A stretch of DNA of 33,745 bases, taken from assembly GCA_965195285.1 (NCBI GenBank), contig CBDAFS010000029.1:1-33745 (forward strand), given 5' to 3'. Below are positions 1 to 8,732 of the stretch, piece by piece. The stretch is from an uncultured Aminicenantes bacterium. GTDB lineage: Bacteria; Acidobacteriota; Aminicenantia; UBA2199. Position numbers and translations under genes: made by a program. The notes beneath the pieces were generated by a model. That model ran no database searches. It had not been told where the DNA came from and saw only the letters and a list, made by a program, of their open reading frames with translations. How positions within the stretch are numbered: position 1 is the first letter of the stretch; each line of letters opens with the position of its first letter.

Positions 1-933
1 AAGGTGATCGGAGTGGTGATTCCTTGCTACAACCATGCCAATCATGTCGGTTCGGTGATCGAGAGTATTCCCGATTCTATTGACCACATTGTGGTGGTGG
101 ATGACTGCAGTACCCAACCCCTGCCCCGCCTGACTGATAAACGGGTGAAGGTGATCCGTACGCCCAAAAACCTGGGGGTGGGTGGCGCTACTGTGACCGG
201 TTTTAAAAAACTGCTGGAATACAACCCCTATATCGTGGTTAAAATGGATGCCGATGAACAGATGGATCCCCGCTATCTTCCGGATTTGCTGGATCCCCTG
301 ATCGACAGACGGGCCGAATACGCCAAGGGCAACCGTTTCCAGGATTTTGAGGGTATCAAGGCCATTCCTTTCTGGCGCCGGATTGGCAACCTGACTCTGT
401 CTTTTCTGACCAAGATCGCCACCGGCTACTGGAATAACTTTGATCCCAACAACGGTTATTTCGCCATCCGGGCGGATTTGCTGGGAAAAGTCAATGTTGA
501 CAGGTTACATAAACGCTATTTTTTTGAAACCTCGTTGATTGCCGAATTGTATTTCCACCGGGTCCGGATCAAGGATGTAGTCATGCCCGCCATCTACCGG
601 GGCGAACCATCCGGCTTGAATGTTTGGAAGGAGTTGTTTTGTTTCCCTCCTTTGCTTCTCAGGGTATTCATCCGGCGCTTGCTCCTGAAATATTTTATAT
701 ATGATTTCAACATGGCTTCCCTCTATATGCTGATCGGCATTCCGCTTTTCCTGTTCGGAACGGTTTACGGATTGATAGTCTGGATCACCAATGCCTCCCG
801 GGGAATACTCACCTCCACCGGCACCATCATGCTGATCGCCCTGACCATCATTCTGGGTTTCCAGCTGATTTTGCAGGCCATCCAGATCGATATGGACAAA
901 AGTCCCCGCTGCGAGGAAAATCCGCTTAAATAG
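1..933 (+). CDS. Family 2 glycosyltransferase (DPM1/GtrB/ArnC-like polyprenol-phosphate glycosyltransferase), probably 5'-truncated by the window edge
   Basis: Motifs VVIPCYN, VVDDCS, NLGVGGA, MDADEQMDP (DxD), KGNRF and DPNNGY, plus two C-terminal TM helices. The frame is open to position 1. Confidence 0.9.
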   Translation, partial: KVIGVVIPCYNHANHVGSVIESIPDSIDHIVVVDDCSTQPLPRLTDKRVKVIRTPKNLGVGGATVTGFKKLLEYNPYIVVKMDADEQMDPRYLPDLLDPLIDRRAEYAKGNRFQDFEGIKAIPFWRRIGNLTLSFLTKIATGYWNNFDPNNGYFAIRADLLGKVNVDRLHKRYFFETSLIAELYFHRVRIKDVVMPAIYRGEPSGLNVWKELFCFPPLLLRVFIRRLLLKYFIYDFNMASLYMLIGIPLFLFGTVYGLIVWITNASRGILTSTGTIMLIALTIILGFQLILQAIQIDMDKSPRCEENPLK

Positions 934-938
934 AATCC

Positions 939-2915
939 CTAATCGGCGGATCGATTTTTCCGGATTGTTTTCCACCCGAGCTTCCGTTTCAACCCGATAG
1001 CCAATTCCTGCAGGGCCAGGGATTCCAGGATGACACCCGTCAATACCAGGTACAGGATGTTTTTGATCAGGTAATAAGAGGAGCCCAGGTTGAAAAAATA
1101 ATAAGGGATATAATAAATCAAAAAACCAATAATAGTGCTGAAAATCAGAATCTCCAGGTCCCTGGTTTTCCTTGGCCGGGAAATCAGATAATAGATTCCC
1201 AGGAAAATCAGGAAGGTGTTGACCGGTTTCAGGGCGGAAAAGGGGATCAGCTTGGTAAAGGTGACAAATCCCTGCTGGTGCTGGGGGAATCCGTAGGTTT
1301 TATAGATGAATATGTAGATGACGATAAAGAACATCGGCAGCAGAAAATAAATAAAAAGCCTCCGGATCATGAGGCCAACCCGGACGGTTTTAACCGGAAA
1401 GTTAACCGGAAACAGGCAAAACAGGGTCAGGGTGAATATCATCACATAATAGGGATACACGATGATTGACACGGCCAGCAGCAGGGATGATACGGGTAAG
1501 CGGTTTTTTAAGAAGAATAACAGGGAGGATAAAAAGAAGAAAGTCGATACCAACGGCGGGAAATAGTGAAATTTGAAACCGGTATCCAATACAAAGGTAA
1601 CATTCATCAATAACAGGGCAGTCAGAAAAAATACCGGACTGAGGTCCGGAAAAAAATGTTTGCTCAACAGGTAGATCAGGAAATAGACCAGTATGAAAAC
1701 CAGGGCCAGAAACAGGGTGATGATGGTCTCCGGTGGGGTTCCCAACCCCCTGGATAACACGGCAATAAAGGCGTGAAGGGATTGGGGGTAAACCATCCAG
1801 AATTCATCGGTCTTGATTTCATTGAACTGTTGATAGTGATGAACCATTACCATATGATTGCGCAGGTCACCGGCCCCGACCGGTTCCAGGGGCAGCCATT
1901 GGCCTGATATCCAGTACAGGTATCCAAATACCACCACGGAGATGAGAAAGATGACCAGGATTTTTTCTTTGTCCGGGTTGAAGGTGATTTTTTTACCACC
2001 CTTCAGGGATTTTAGCAGAACCAACAGGGCCAGGAGCAGGCAAAACACCCATATCAATCCATTGGCCAGAACCACATTCAACCGGTTTTTCAGAAAAGTG
2101 ATGGAGAAAATCAGGCCCAGCCAGAGACAGAAAAATTCAAACACCAGTAAGGCCAGGGAAAGTCCGGAGATAGGCAAAGCTGATGGTTTTCGGAATTTGA
2201 CAATAATAGCCGTGAGCATGTAGAGGACCAGGATCAGGGCCATCAGGAACCCGGCCGGTTTTATCGAATCCAGGAATCGAATTCCCTGAAATAAGGCTTT
2301 CGATATCACTGAATCAGGCAGTACATAGTGGTAAAACGGCAGGGGCCGGGAAGCCACCCCTTTCCGGGTTGAAAAGCGCAGAAAAAATCTGAACAGTTGG
2401 GGGTTGGCCTTGACCTGTTGGTAGCGGATCTCGATTTCATTGAACCCTTGGTTTAAACGGATTTGCTTGCGGAATCCGTCAGGCCTGATTTTTATCCGGG
2501 TTCCATTGCAGTATAATTGCACTTTTTTGATTTCCGGCAGGAAATAGCGGTAGCTTTTCTCATCCGGACTGTAAACGACTGTCCGGAAGGTCAGGGAATT
2601 GATAGGTTGTTTGCCGATTAATTTATTGAAAATCTGTACCCGTACAATTTCGGGAGTGAGGCTTGGGATCTGTCCGTTCAGGCATTGATCGGGCGTAACC
2701 GCAGTATATCTGAATCCAAAGGGAAGTCCGTTGGCCCGGTTTAATATTTCCAGAAGATCAATGGCCATATAGGCCAGTAGCGAAAGCGTGGATAAAATCA
2801 ATATCCACTTTTTCAGACCGATATCGCGGGTTGTCAGGTCCTGATTTTGAATACGGTCCATGGTTGCCATAATCGAAGATTCATTGAATCCGGAAATATC
2901 AATGATATCATTCAT
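939..2915 (-). CDS. Polytopic membrane protein, putative GT-C-fold glycosyltransferase (DUF6541-like) with an N-terminal extracytoplasmic beta-domain
   Basis: 658 aa with more than 10 hydrophobic segments. Loop motif GDLRNH...YPQSLH follows the early TMs. An N-terminal soluble segment (LYCNG...IRLNQGFNEIEIRYQQ) resembles PA14/jelly-roll domains. Confidence 0.55.
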   Translation of the reverse strand: MNDIIDISGFNESSIMATMDRIQNQDLTTRDIGLKKWILILSTLSLLAYMAIDLLEILNRANGLPFGFRYTAVTPDQCLNGQIPSLTPEIVRVQIFNKLIGKQPINSLTFRTVVYSPDEKSYRYFLPEIKKVQLYCNGTRIKIRPDGFRKQIRLNQGFNEIEIRYQQVKANPQLFRFFLRFSTRKGVASRPLPFYHYVLPDSVISKALFQGIRFLDSIKPAGFLMALILVLYMLTAIIVKFRKPSALPISGLSLALLVFEFFCLWLGLIFSITFLKNRLNVVLANGLIWVFCLLLALLVLLKSLKGGKKITFNPDKEKILVIFLISVVVFGYLYWISGQWLPLEPVGAGDLRNHMVMVHHYQQFNEIKTDEFWMVYPQSLHAFIAVLSRGLGTPPETIITLFLALVFILVYFLIYLLSKHFFPDLSPVFFLTALLLMNVTFVLDTGFKFHYFPPLVSTFFFLSSLLFFLKNRLPVSSLLLAVSIIVYPYYVMIFTLTLFCLFPVNFPVKTVRVGLMIRRLFIYFLLPMFFIVIYIFIYKTYGFPQHQQGFVTFTKLIPFSALKPVNTFLIFLGIYYLISRPRKTRDLEILIFSTIIGFLIYYIPYYFFNLGSSYYLIKNILYLVLTGVILESLALQELAIGLKRKLGWKTIRKNRSAD

Positions 2916-2963
2916 CCATGTTCAAATCAATAGACTGAAAACCGGGATATCCGGTCCCGATTT

Positions 2964-4094
2964 TTATTGCCGGGGTGACAACATAACCGGCAGGATGTAA
3001 TCGGTATCGTAATAGGCGTTGTAGGAGAATGTTCCGCCATCATCATCGCGGTCAACCCCCAGACTGTATAGAATTTGTTTTTCACTATTCCAGATATAGG
3101 GGTTTCCGGAGCAGGGATCCACGGTTTTGTATGATTCAAGCCCTTTTAGGATTTGCTTGACCGATGTGTCGGGTTGATAATAAAGGCGTAGTTCTGCCAG
3201 TATCCGGCACATATCGTAGAGGGTTTTGAGGTGAAATGATTTTGACATTAAAGAAAACATATTGGCTGAAACTATACTTTCTTCGACTATGATTTTTCCC
3301 CCCGGATTCCGCACCCACCAGAACCAGTTTCTTTTTTTCTTTGTATACTTTTGTTTTAATTCTTCTATTCCTTGCGACCATTGATATGGTGGTTGTTTTT
3401 CCATATTAATGATCTCGGAATAGGGAGTAAAAATATAATATTTGGTACGGTTGGGCTGAAAAAACAGGGTCAAGCCGATTTTTTTCAGAACACCTGTATC
3501 CTTTGAGTTTAATATTCTATCTATATAATTAACAGCTGTCAGATATTCAATTTTAAACGAGGCAGCAGAACCGAATTCTTCATAGCGGATGGGGATTAAT
3601 CGGTCAAGAACAGATTTATAAGTTGTTTGCGGACATTGGGGGTGATTGAGCAGACTGGATAGAACCTGCAGGGAATGACGGAAATTATTTTTGGCAACCA
3701 GGTTGGTAATTAACACCCGGCTTCCTTTAATTGCTTTTTTAAAAAAGTTTATATGATCGATAACACGGGATATTCCATTTTCCCAATCTCCTTCAAGGGC
3801 CATCTGCATGGATATAATATTGAATAACTTACTTATTTGTATCCAGGCCAGTAAATTGGGAATGGGACTGTCATAGCGGGGGAGGGTAAAATCAGAAAAA
3901 AATTCACTATTAATCAGTTTCTGGTAACGTTCCAGCAAGATACTGAACTCTGATTTGAGTTTCTCTATGGTATTATGTTTTGCCAGTATCTGATGGTTCC
4001 AGGTTCGATATCTTTTAGCGTTTATTGGCTCATCTATCCAGTGACTGTCGGTTTTTAAAATTTTCCGCCATTTTTTATTATATGAACTGAACAT
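2964..4094 (-). CDS. Hypothetical extracytoplasmic domain with a GspG-like C-terminal motif; likely the 3' part of the upstream permease gene
   Basis: 376 aa ORF in the same frame as 4116..5048, separated by one TGA plus 7 sense codons. It has no signal peptide of its own. C-terminal motif DPCSGNPY...YSLGVDRDDDGG. Confidence 0.65.
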   Translation of the reverse strand: MFSSYNKKWRKILKTDSHWIDEPINAKRYRTWNHQILAKHNTIEKLKSEFSILLERYQKLINSEFFSDFTLPRYDSPIPNLLAWIQISKLFNIISMQMALEGDWENGISRVIDHINFFKKAIKGSRVLITNLVAKNNFRHSLQVLSSLLNHPQCPQTTYKSVLDRLIPIRYEEFGSAASFKIEYLTAVNYIDRILNSKDTGVLKKIGLTLFFQPNRTKYYIFTPYSEIINMEKQPPYQWSQGIEELKQKYTKKKRNWFWWVRNPGGKIIVEESIVSANMFSLMSKSFHLKTLYDMCRILAELRLYYQPDTSVKQILKGLESYKTVDPCSGNPYIWNSEKQILYSLGVDRDDDGGTFSYNAYYDTDYILPVMLSPRQ

Positions 4095-4115
4095 AACCCT
4101 GTAAGAGGTGGAGTC

Positions 4116-5048
4116 TCATTCTTTTAAAAATTTATCATTGTCGAAACCGGGATCAAAAAGCCGCTGGTATTTTTTTATCACTTCAGGAGATTCAATGTCC
4201 GTCTGATGTGGCATTATCAAGGTCCAGAGCCGGTAAAAACCGTTATTTTTACTAAAATCGGCTATTGGAATATCCTCCAGTTTAAATTCATCAGGATTTT
4301 GGCCGGCATCAAAACGGTTTAAAAATATCCACAGGATAAACAGTGCGGCCAGGAGTAGCAAGATAAATTTTGAGAAACTCATACCACTTTTTTTGAACAA
4401 TATGGTGGTCATATTACTAAGATCCGCTTTTCTAAAATCAAGCATAAAAGCCAGAAAAATTAACAGGGAGAGAACAAAAATGTTGGCAGCCAGAATGGTT
4501 ATAAACCCGGAACCCACCATTATGGCCATGCCTTTGAGCTGGATGATTATAAAAATAAAAATTCCGTAGATGAACATATAGATAGCCAGGGCATAGACAA
4601 TGTTGGTGATATGGTTTTTGTGAATCAGAGACATGGCCGCAGAAGAGAAAAACAGGGAGAGGTAAAGAAATATGGTGGTGAACCAGCCGGCAGGAATGGG
4701 AAAAGGTTTTATGATTAAAGAGAGGAGGGCATACAAACCCAGGAAAAAGAGTACTGCTCCAATCCGGGGCATTATTTTATAGACCATTATTTTCCAGCGC
4801 GAATATCTTAAAGAGAACAGGTATTCGAAAGTCCTTTCGTTCTTTTCCTCGGCAAAGAGTGATATACCCAGATAAAAAGCAATCCCCATCATGGTTATGT
4901 AAATCAGCAAAGGAATAAATTCTCCAATAGGGAAGGTCTTGTCCACAATCAGGCGGATGATGAGGAATGAGTAAATCAGGGTTATCATAAATACCAGGAT
5001 GGTTCCGATGGAAAGTTTCAGGGTGTCTTTTATTTCTTTATTCAGCAT
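4116..5048 (-). CDS. ABC-2-type transporter permease followed by the start of a soluble domain
   Basis: Starts MLNKEIKD, carries the FAEEKNERTFEYLFSL-x-YSRWKIMVYK permease motif and ~7 TMs, and overlaps the ATPase stop. Confidence 0.8.
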   Translation of the reverse strand: MLNKEIKDTLKLSIGTILVFMITLIYSFLIIRLIVDKTFPIGEFIPLLIYITMMGIAFYLGISLFAEEKNERTFEYLFSLRYSRWKIMVYKIMPRIGAVLFFLGLYALLSLIIKPFPIPAGWFTTIFLYLSLFFSSAAMSLIHKNHITNIVYALAIYMFIYGIFIFIIIQLKGMAIMVGSGFITILAANIFVLSLLIFLAFMLDFRKADLSNMTTILFKKSGMSFSKFILLLLAALFILWIFLNRFDAGQNPDEFKLEDIPIADFSKNNGFYRLWTLIMPHQTDIESPEVIKKYQRLFDPGFDNDKFLKE

Positions 5049-5865
5049 ATTCGCCTCCTATGAAGGCCTTGATAATGTCGTGTAAATTCAAATCAACCAC
5101 CTGGCCTCCTGAACCGGAGACCAGTTCTTCCTGGAACGGGTAGACATAATATTCATGGCCGTCTTCGTGCTGTTTGTGGGTTAAAACCGGAAGTCCTGAG
5201 ATTTCCCGGTCGGACACCACTTTTTTAATCCGGGTTTTCAATGACTCCATGGGCTCATCCACGGCAATCTGATTATCCTTCAGGAGGAGAATCCGCTGGG
5301 GGATTTTTTCAATATCATGAAAGTTCAAATTGACCAGAACCAGGGTCACCCGGTTTTCCTCAATCATTTCCAGCAACCGGTTCAGAAAAATATCCCGCAG
5401 GTAGACATCCATGGAGTGAATGACTTCATCAATCAATAACATTTCAGGTTGGGCAGCTAAAATCAGGCTCAGGTGGAAGACCAGTTTCTGACCCCGGGAC
5501 ATTTCGGTGATTTTTTGGCCGGTTTTCAGTTTGGCCTTGTCGATCATTTCCGTATCAAAGCTACGAATATCATAAACCCGCGAATGATAGCGAATGGCTT
5601 CCTGTAGTGACATGTTTTCGTATAAATTCATCTTATCCGAAATAAACCCGATTCTGGATCGTGGGTCCGGACCCAGTTTTTCCGAATAAGTTATTCTACC
5701 CTGCCGGGGAAGCAGAACCCCGGCCATCAGCCTCAGCAGGGTAGTCTTGCCGACACCATTAATTCCGGTGATTAAAACCGATTCCCCCGGTTCGATACTC
5801 AGGCTGAAATCCCTGAATACCGGTTGTTTATTATAGGAAAAATAGATATGTTCAAGTTTGATCAT
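5038..5865 (-). CDS. ABC transporter ATP-binding protein (YtrB-like)
   Basis: Walker A GINGVGKTT, signature MSRGQ, Walker B LLIDE. Confidence 0.92.
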   Translation of the reverse strand: MIKLEHIYFSYNKQPVFRDFSLSIEPGESVLITGINGVGKTTLLRLMAGVLLPRQGRITYSEKLGPDPRSRIGFISDKMNLYENMSLQEAIRYHSRVYDIRSFDTEMIDKAKLKTGQKITEMSRGQKLVFHLSLILAAQPEMLLIDEVIHSMDVYLRDIFLNRLLEMIEENRVTLVLVNLNFHDIEKIPQRILLLKDNQIAVDEPMESLKTRIKKVVSDREISGLPVLTHKQHEDGHEYYVYPFQEELVSGSGGQVVDLNLHDIIKAFIGGEYAE

Positions 5866-6262
5866 TTTCAGTGACCTCCGGATGATTTTTTAATTCATTT
5901 TGCAGATCTTTCAGGGTAAAACCGAGGCTGGAGATTCTTTTGAAAAAATCAGCCACTTCTTTCTTTAATAGTGCCTTTCCGGCTGTTTCGAATTTTTTCG
6001 AACTGGTTCTGACATAATAGCCCGAACCGCGCCGCGAATACAGGAACCCATCGGATTCCAGCTGACCATAGGCCTTCAGAATGGTCAGGGGATTAATATT
6101 GTTCCGGGTCGACAGGTTCCTTACCGAGATAATCTTGTCATCATTTTTTAGTCTCTGGCTGAAGATGGCCATCTTGATGGCATCTTTAATCTGTTCATAA
6201 ATGGGGATGGCCGATTTGACATCGACATCCAGTTCAAAAGATTTGGTTTCGGATTTTTTCAT
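5852..6262 (-). CDS. GntR-family regulator, YtrA subfamily
   Basis: PIYEQIKD...SVRNLS...INPLTILKAYGQLESDGFLYSRRGSGYYV wHTH with a short C-terminus, heading an ABC operon. ATG 6262 preferred to the ORF-track start at 6274, which abuts the promoter. Confidence 0.92.
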   Translation of the reverse strand: MKKSETKSFELDVDVKSAIPIYEQIKDAIKMAIFSQRLKNDDKIISVRNLSTRNNINPLTILKAYGQLESDGFLYSRRGSGYYVRTSSKKFETAGKALLKKEVADFFKRISSLGFTLKDLQNELKNHPEVTENDQT

Positions 6263-6275
6263 TGTTTTCACCAAC

Positions 6276-6293
6276 TGTTATACTAATATAACA
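6276..6293. promoter_or_regulatory. Palindromic operator TGTTATA-CTAA-TATAACA (putative YtrA autoregulation site)
   Basis: Perfect 7-bp inverted repeat overlapping the -10 box just upstream of the GntR gene. Confidence 0.75.
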
Positions 6294-6313
6294 CAGCAAA
6301 TAGGTTTTGTCAA
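6285..6313 (-). promoter_or_regulatory. Sigma70 promoter of the GntR-ABC operon
   Basis: TTGACA (6313-6308), 17 bp spacer, TATATT (6290-6285) with extended TG. Confidence 0.75.
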
Positions 6314-6396
6314 CAAAAAATATTTTTTTCCGGTTATCGAAATGCAGACAGCTTCAAGACGGTACATTTGAAACAGATACTGGGAAGGTTATGGAA

Positions 6397-7164
6397 TTAC
6401 AAAAATAGTTTTTGAAAATTTTCATTCACGGCCCGGTTGAGTTCAACGACCGGTATATTCTTGATTTCAGCGATTTTCTCGGCCACCAGTTTAACCCTGA
6501 GGGGATTGTTGACTTTTCCCCGGAAGGGATCCGGCGACAGGTAAGGGGAATCGGTTTCGGTAAAGATTCTATCCAGGGGAATCTCTCTTACAATATCCTG
6601 TAATTCAATGGCTTTTTTAAAAGTAACGATACCGGATACAGAAATGTAATATCCCCGGTTGAGGATCTCCCGGGCCTGGTCCAGGCTGCCGCTGTAGCAA
6701 TGAAAAATTACCGGAAGTGGAAATTTTTCCGATTCCAGAATTTTTAGAACCCTGTTCTCGGCTTCCCGGGCATGAATGACCAAGGGAAGATTTAATTCGG
6801 CGGCGATTGCAATTTGTCTCTTGAAAACATGTAGCTGGTTTTCCGGACAGGAATGATTATAGTGATAATCCAGGCCGGTTTCACCGATGGCAATGGTTTT
6901 CCTATTCTCTGTAAAACGGATCATTTTCTGTTCTAAATCCATATGATAATGATCCGCATTGTGGGGATGAACAGCAGCTATGCAAAAGATATTTTCATCA
7001 AGTTCTATGATATCCTTTGTTTTTTCCATTGATCCAGATTCATACGGATCAGTTACGGTGATTATTTTTGAAAAACCGGAGTTGAAACATTCATTGATAA
7101 TTTCAACCCGGGTGTCATCAAAAACGTTATCATCCAGGTGGCAGTGAAAATCCATAAAATTCAT
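6397..7164 (-). CDS. tatD: TatD-family metal-dependent DNase/hydrolase
   Basis: Motifs DFHCHL, HPH, IGETGLDY, IHAREA, FHCYSG and ETDSPYLSP. Confidence 0.93.
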   Translation of the reverse strand: MNFMDFHCHLDDNVFDDTRVEIINECFNSGFSKIITVTDPYESGSMEKTKDIIELDENIFCIAAVHPHNADHYHMDLEQKMIRFTENRKTIAIGETGLDYHYNHSCPENQLHVFKRQIAIAAELNLPLVIHAREAENRVLKILESEKFPLPVIFHCYSGSLDQAREILNRGYYISVSGIVTFKKAIELQDIVREIPLDRIFTETDSPYLSPDPFRGKVNNPLRVKLVAEKIAEIKNIPVVELNRAVNENFQKLFL

Positions 7165-7184
7165 GCTGAGTAATCCTGTGGGGT

Positions 7185-7213
7185 ATTTTAATCGAAAAAG
7201 TCTGTATAGGCAA
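7185..7213 (-). promoter_or_regulatory. Sigma70 promoter of tatD
   Basis: TTGCCT (7213-7208), 17 bp spacer, TAAAAT (7190-7185). Confidence 0.55.
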
Positions 7214-7234
7214 GGGGATGGATTTTTGTTTTAT

Positions 7235-7263
7235 TTGACATTTTTTTTTTGATGGGCTATACC
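7235..7263 (+). promoter_or_regulatory. Sigma70 promoter of the symporter gene
   Basis: TTGACA (7235-7240), 17 bp spacer containing T10, then TATACC (imperfect -10). Confidence 0.5.
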
Positions 7264-7315
7264 TTAGCTTTGTGTCATCACCGCTATTTGAAGCGCTTAA
7301 AAAATCGAGGTCATT

Positions 7316-8704
7316 ATGGATTCAGTTTTAACCTTTATCGATAGCCTGATTATCATGTACAACGACTATGTGGGGGGATACCTGCTGTTGATTTTATTGG
7401 TACCGACCGGGATCTATTTTACCATCAAGTTTAAATTTCTCCATGTCACCAAACTGTTTCATTCGTTTCGGATCATCAGCGGTAAATATGATAAGAAGGG
7501 AGATACCGGAGATATCAATCATTTCCGGGCCCTGACCACAGCCCTGTCTGCAACCGTGGGTACCGGAAATATTGTGGGTGTGGCCCTGGCCATTTATTAC
7601 GGCGGCCCCGGCGCCATATTCTGGATGTGGATAACCGGCTTTCTGGGAATGATGCTGAAACTGGTTGAATGCACCCTGTCCCTGAAATTCAGGATCGTCA
7701 ACGAGGATGGGTCGGTTTCAGGCGGCCCCATGTATTATATGGAAATGGGCTTGAAGGATAAGCTGGGTGGATTTGCCAAGAAAATGGCTGTGATTTTTGC
7801 CTTTGCCGCCATTCTGTGTTCAATGGGAACCGGAAACATGGCCCAGTCCAATTCCATGGCCGATGTGATGCGGGCCAACTATGGTATTCCGACCTGGGCA
7901 TCTGGAGTGATGATTACCGGGCTGGTGCTGATGGTCATTGTCGGCGGCATCAAGCGGATTGCTGAAGTCACCTCCAAACTGGTTCCCTTCATGGCCTTCT
8001 TTTATTTTGTCAGTGCCTTAACGGTTATTCTCATTAATTACAGTCTTATTCCCGGGGTTCTGAAAATGATTGTGAGTGATGCTTTTACCGGCACTGCGGC
8101 CACCGGTGGTTTTCTCGGTTCTGCATTTATCATGACCATGACCTGGGGGGTCCGGAGAGGGCTTTTTTCCAACGAAGCCGGGCAGGGATCGGCTGCCATT
8201 GCCCATGCCGCGGCCAAAACCAAGTATCCCCTCAGGGAAGGCTTGGTAGCCTCGGTGGGTCCTTTTGTGGATACCCTCATTATTTGCAGTCTGACTGCCT
8301 TCGTGATTATTCTCACCGGAGCCTGGGACTGCGGTAAGGAAGGCGTTGAAATGACTTTGATCGGATTTAACCGGGGACTGGGTCAACTGGGCCTTGGCGT
8401 CCTGGCCAAGCATATTGTGGCCGCCGGTTTGATACTCTTTGCCTTTTCAACCATTATCAGCTGGTCTTATTACGGAACCCGGGCCAGCCAGTATCTTTTC
8501 GGAACCAAATCAATAAAACCCTACCGGTATGTATACGGGGTTTTTGTTTTTCTGGGCTGCCTGGGAGAAATCGAGCTGGTCTGGCATTTTGTGGATATGG
8601 TCATCACTTTTATGACCATTCCCAATTTGATTGCCATTCTGCTATTGACCCCGGTAATGAAAAAAGAGATTGATAAATATTTTGCGGTGATGAAAAAAAC
8701 CTGA
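7316..8704 (+). CDS. Alanine/glycine:cation symporter (AGCS family)
   Basis: Motifs LSATVGTGNIVGVA, GGPGAIFWMW, GGPMYY, GGIKRIA, RGLFSNEAGQGS and FAFSTIISWSYYG. Confidence 0.95.
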   Translation: MDSVLTFIDSLIIMYNDYVGGYLLLILLVPTGIYFTIKFKFLHVTKLFHSFRIISGKYDKKGDTGDINHFRALTTALSATVGTGNIVGVALAIYYGGPGAIFWMWITGFLGMMLKLVECTLSLKFRIVNEDGSVSGGPMYYMEMGLKDKLGGFAKKMAVIFAFAAILCSMGTGNMAQSNSMADVMRANYGIPTWASGVMITGLVLMVIVGGIKRIAEVTSKLVPFMAFFYFVSALTVILINYSLIPGVLKMIVSDAFTGTAATGGFLGSAFIMTMTWGVRRGLFSNEAGQGSAAIAHAAAKTKYPLREGLVASVGPFVDTLIICSLTAFVIILTGAWDCGKEGVEMTLIGFNRGLGQLGLGVLAKHIVAAGLILFAFSTIISWSYYGTRASQYLFGTKSIKPYRYVYGVFVFLGCLGEIELVWHFVDMVITFMTIPNLIAILLLTPVMKKEIDKYFAVMKKT

Positions 8705-8732
8705 CTTCTTTGAATCGAAAAATTGTATTCAC

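Noticed and set aside
4080-4118. Selenocysteine insertion at the in-frame TGA
   Set aside because: Only a 3-bp stem (CCT-CTTAC-AGG) follows, there is no convincing bacterial SECIS, and there is no redox-motif context.
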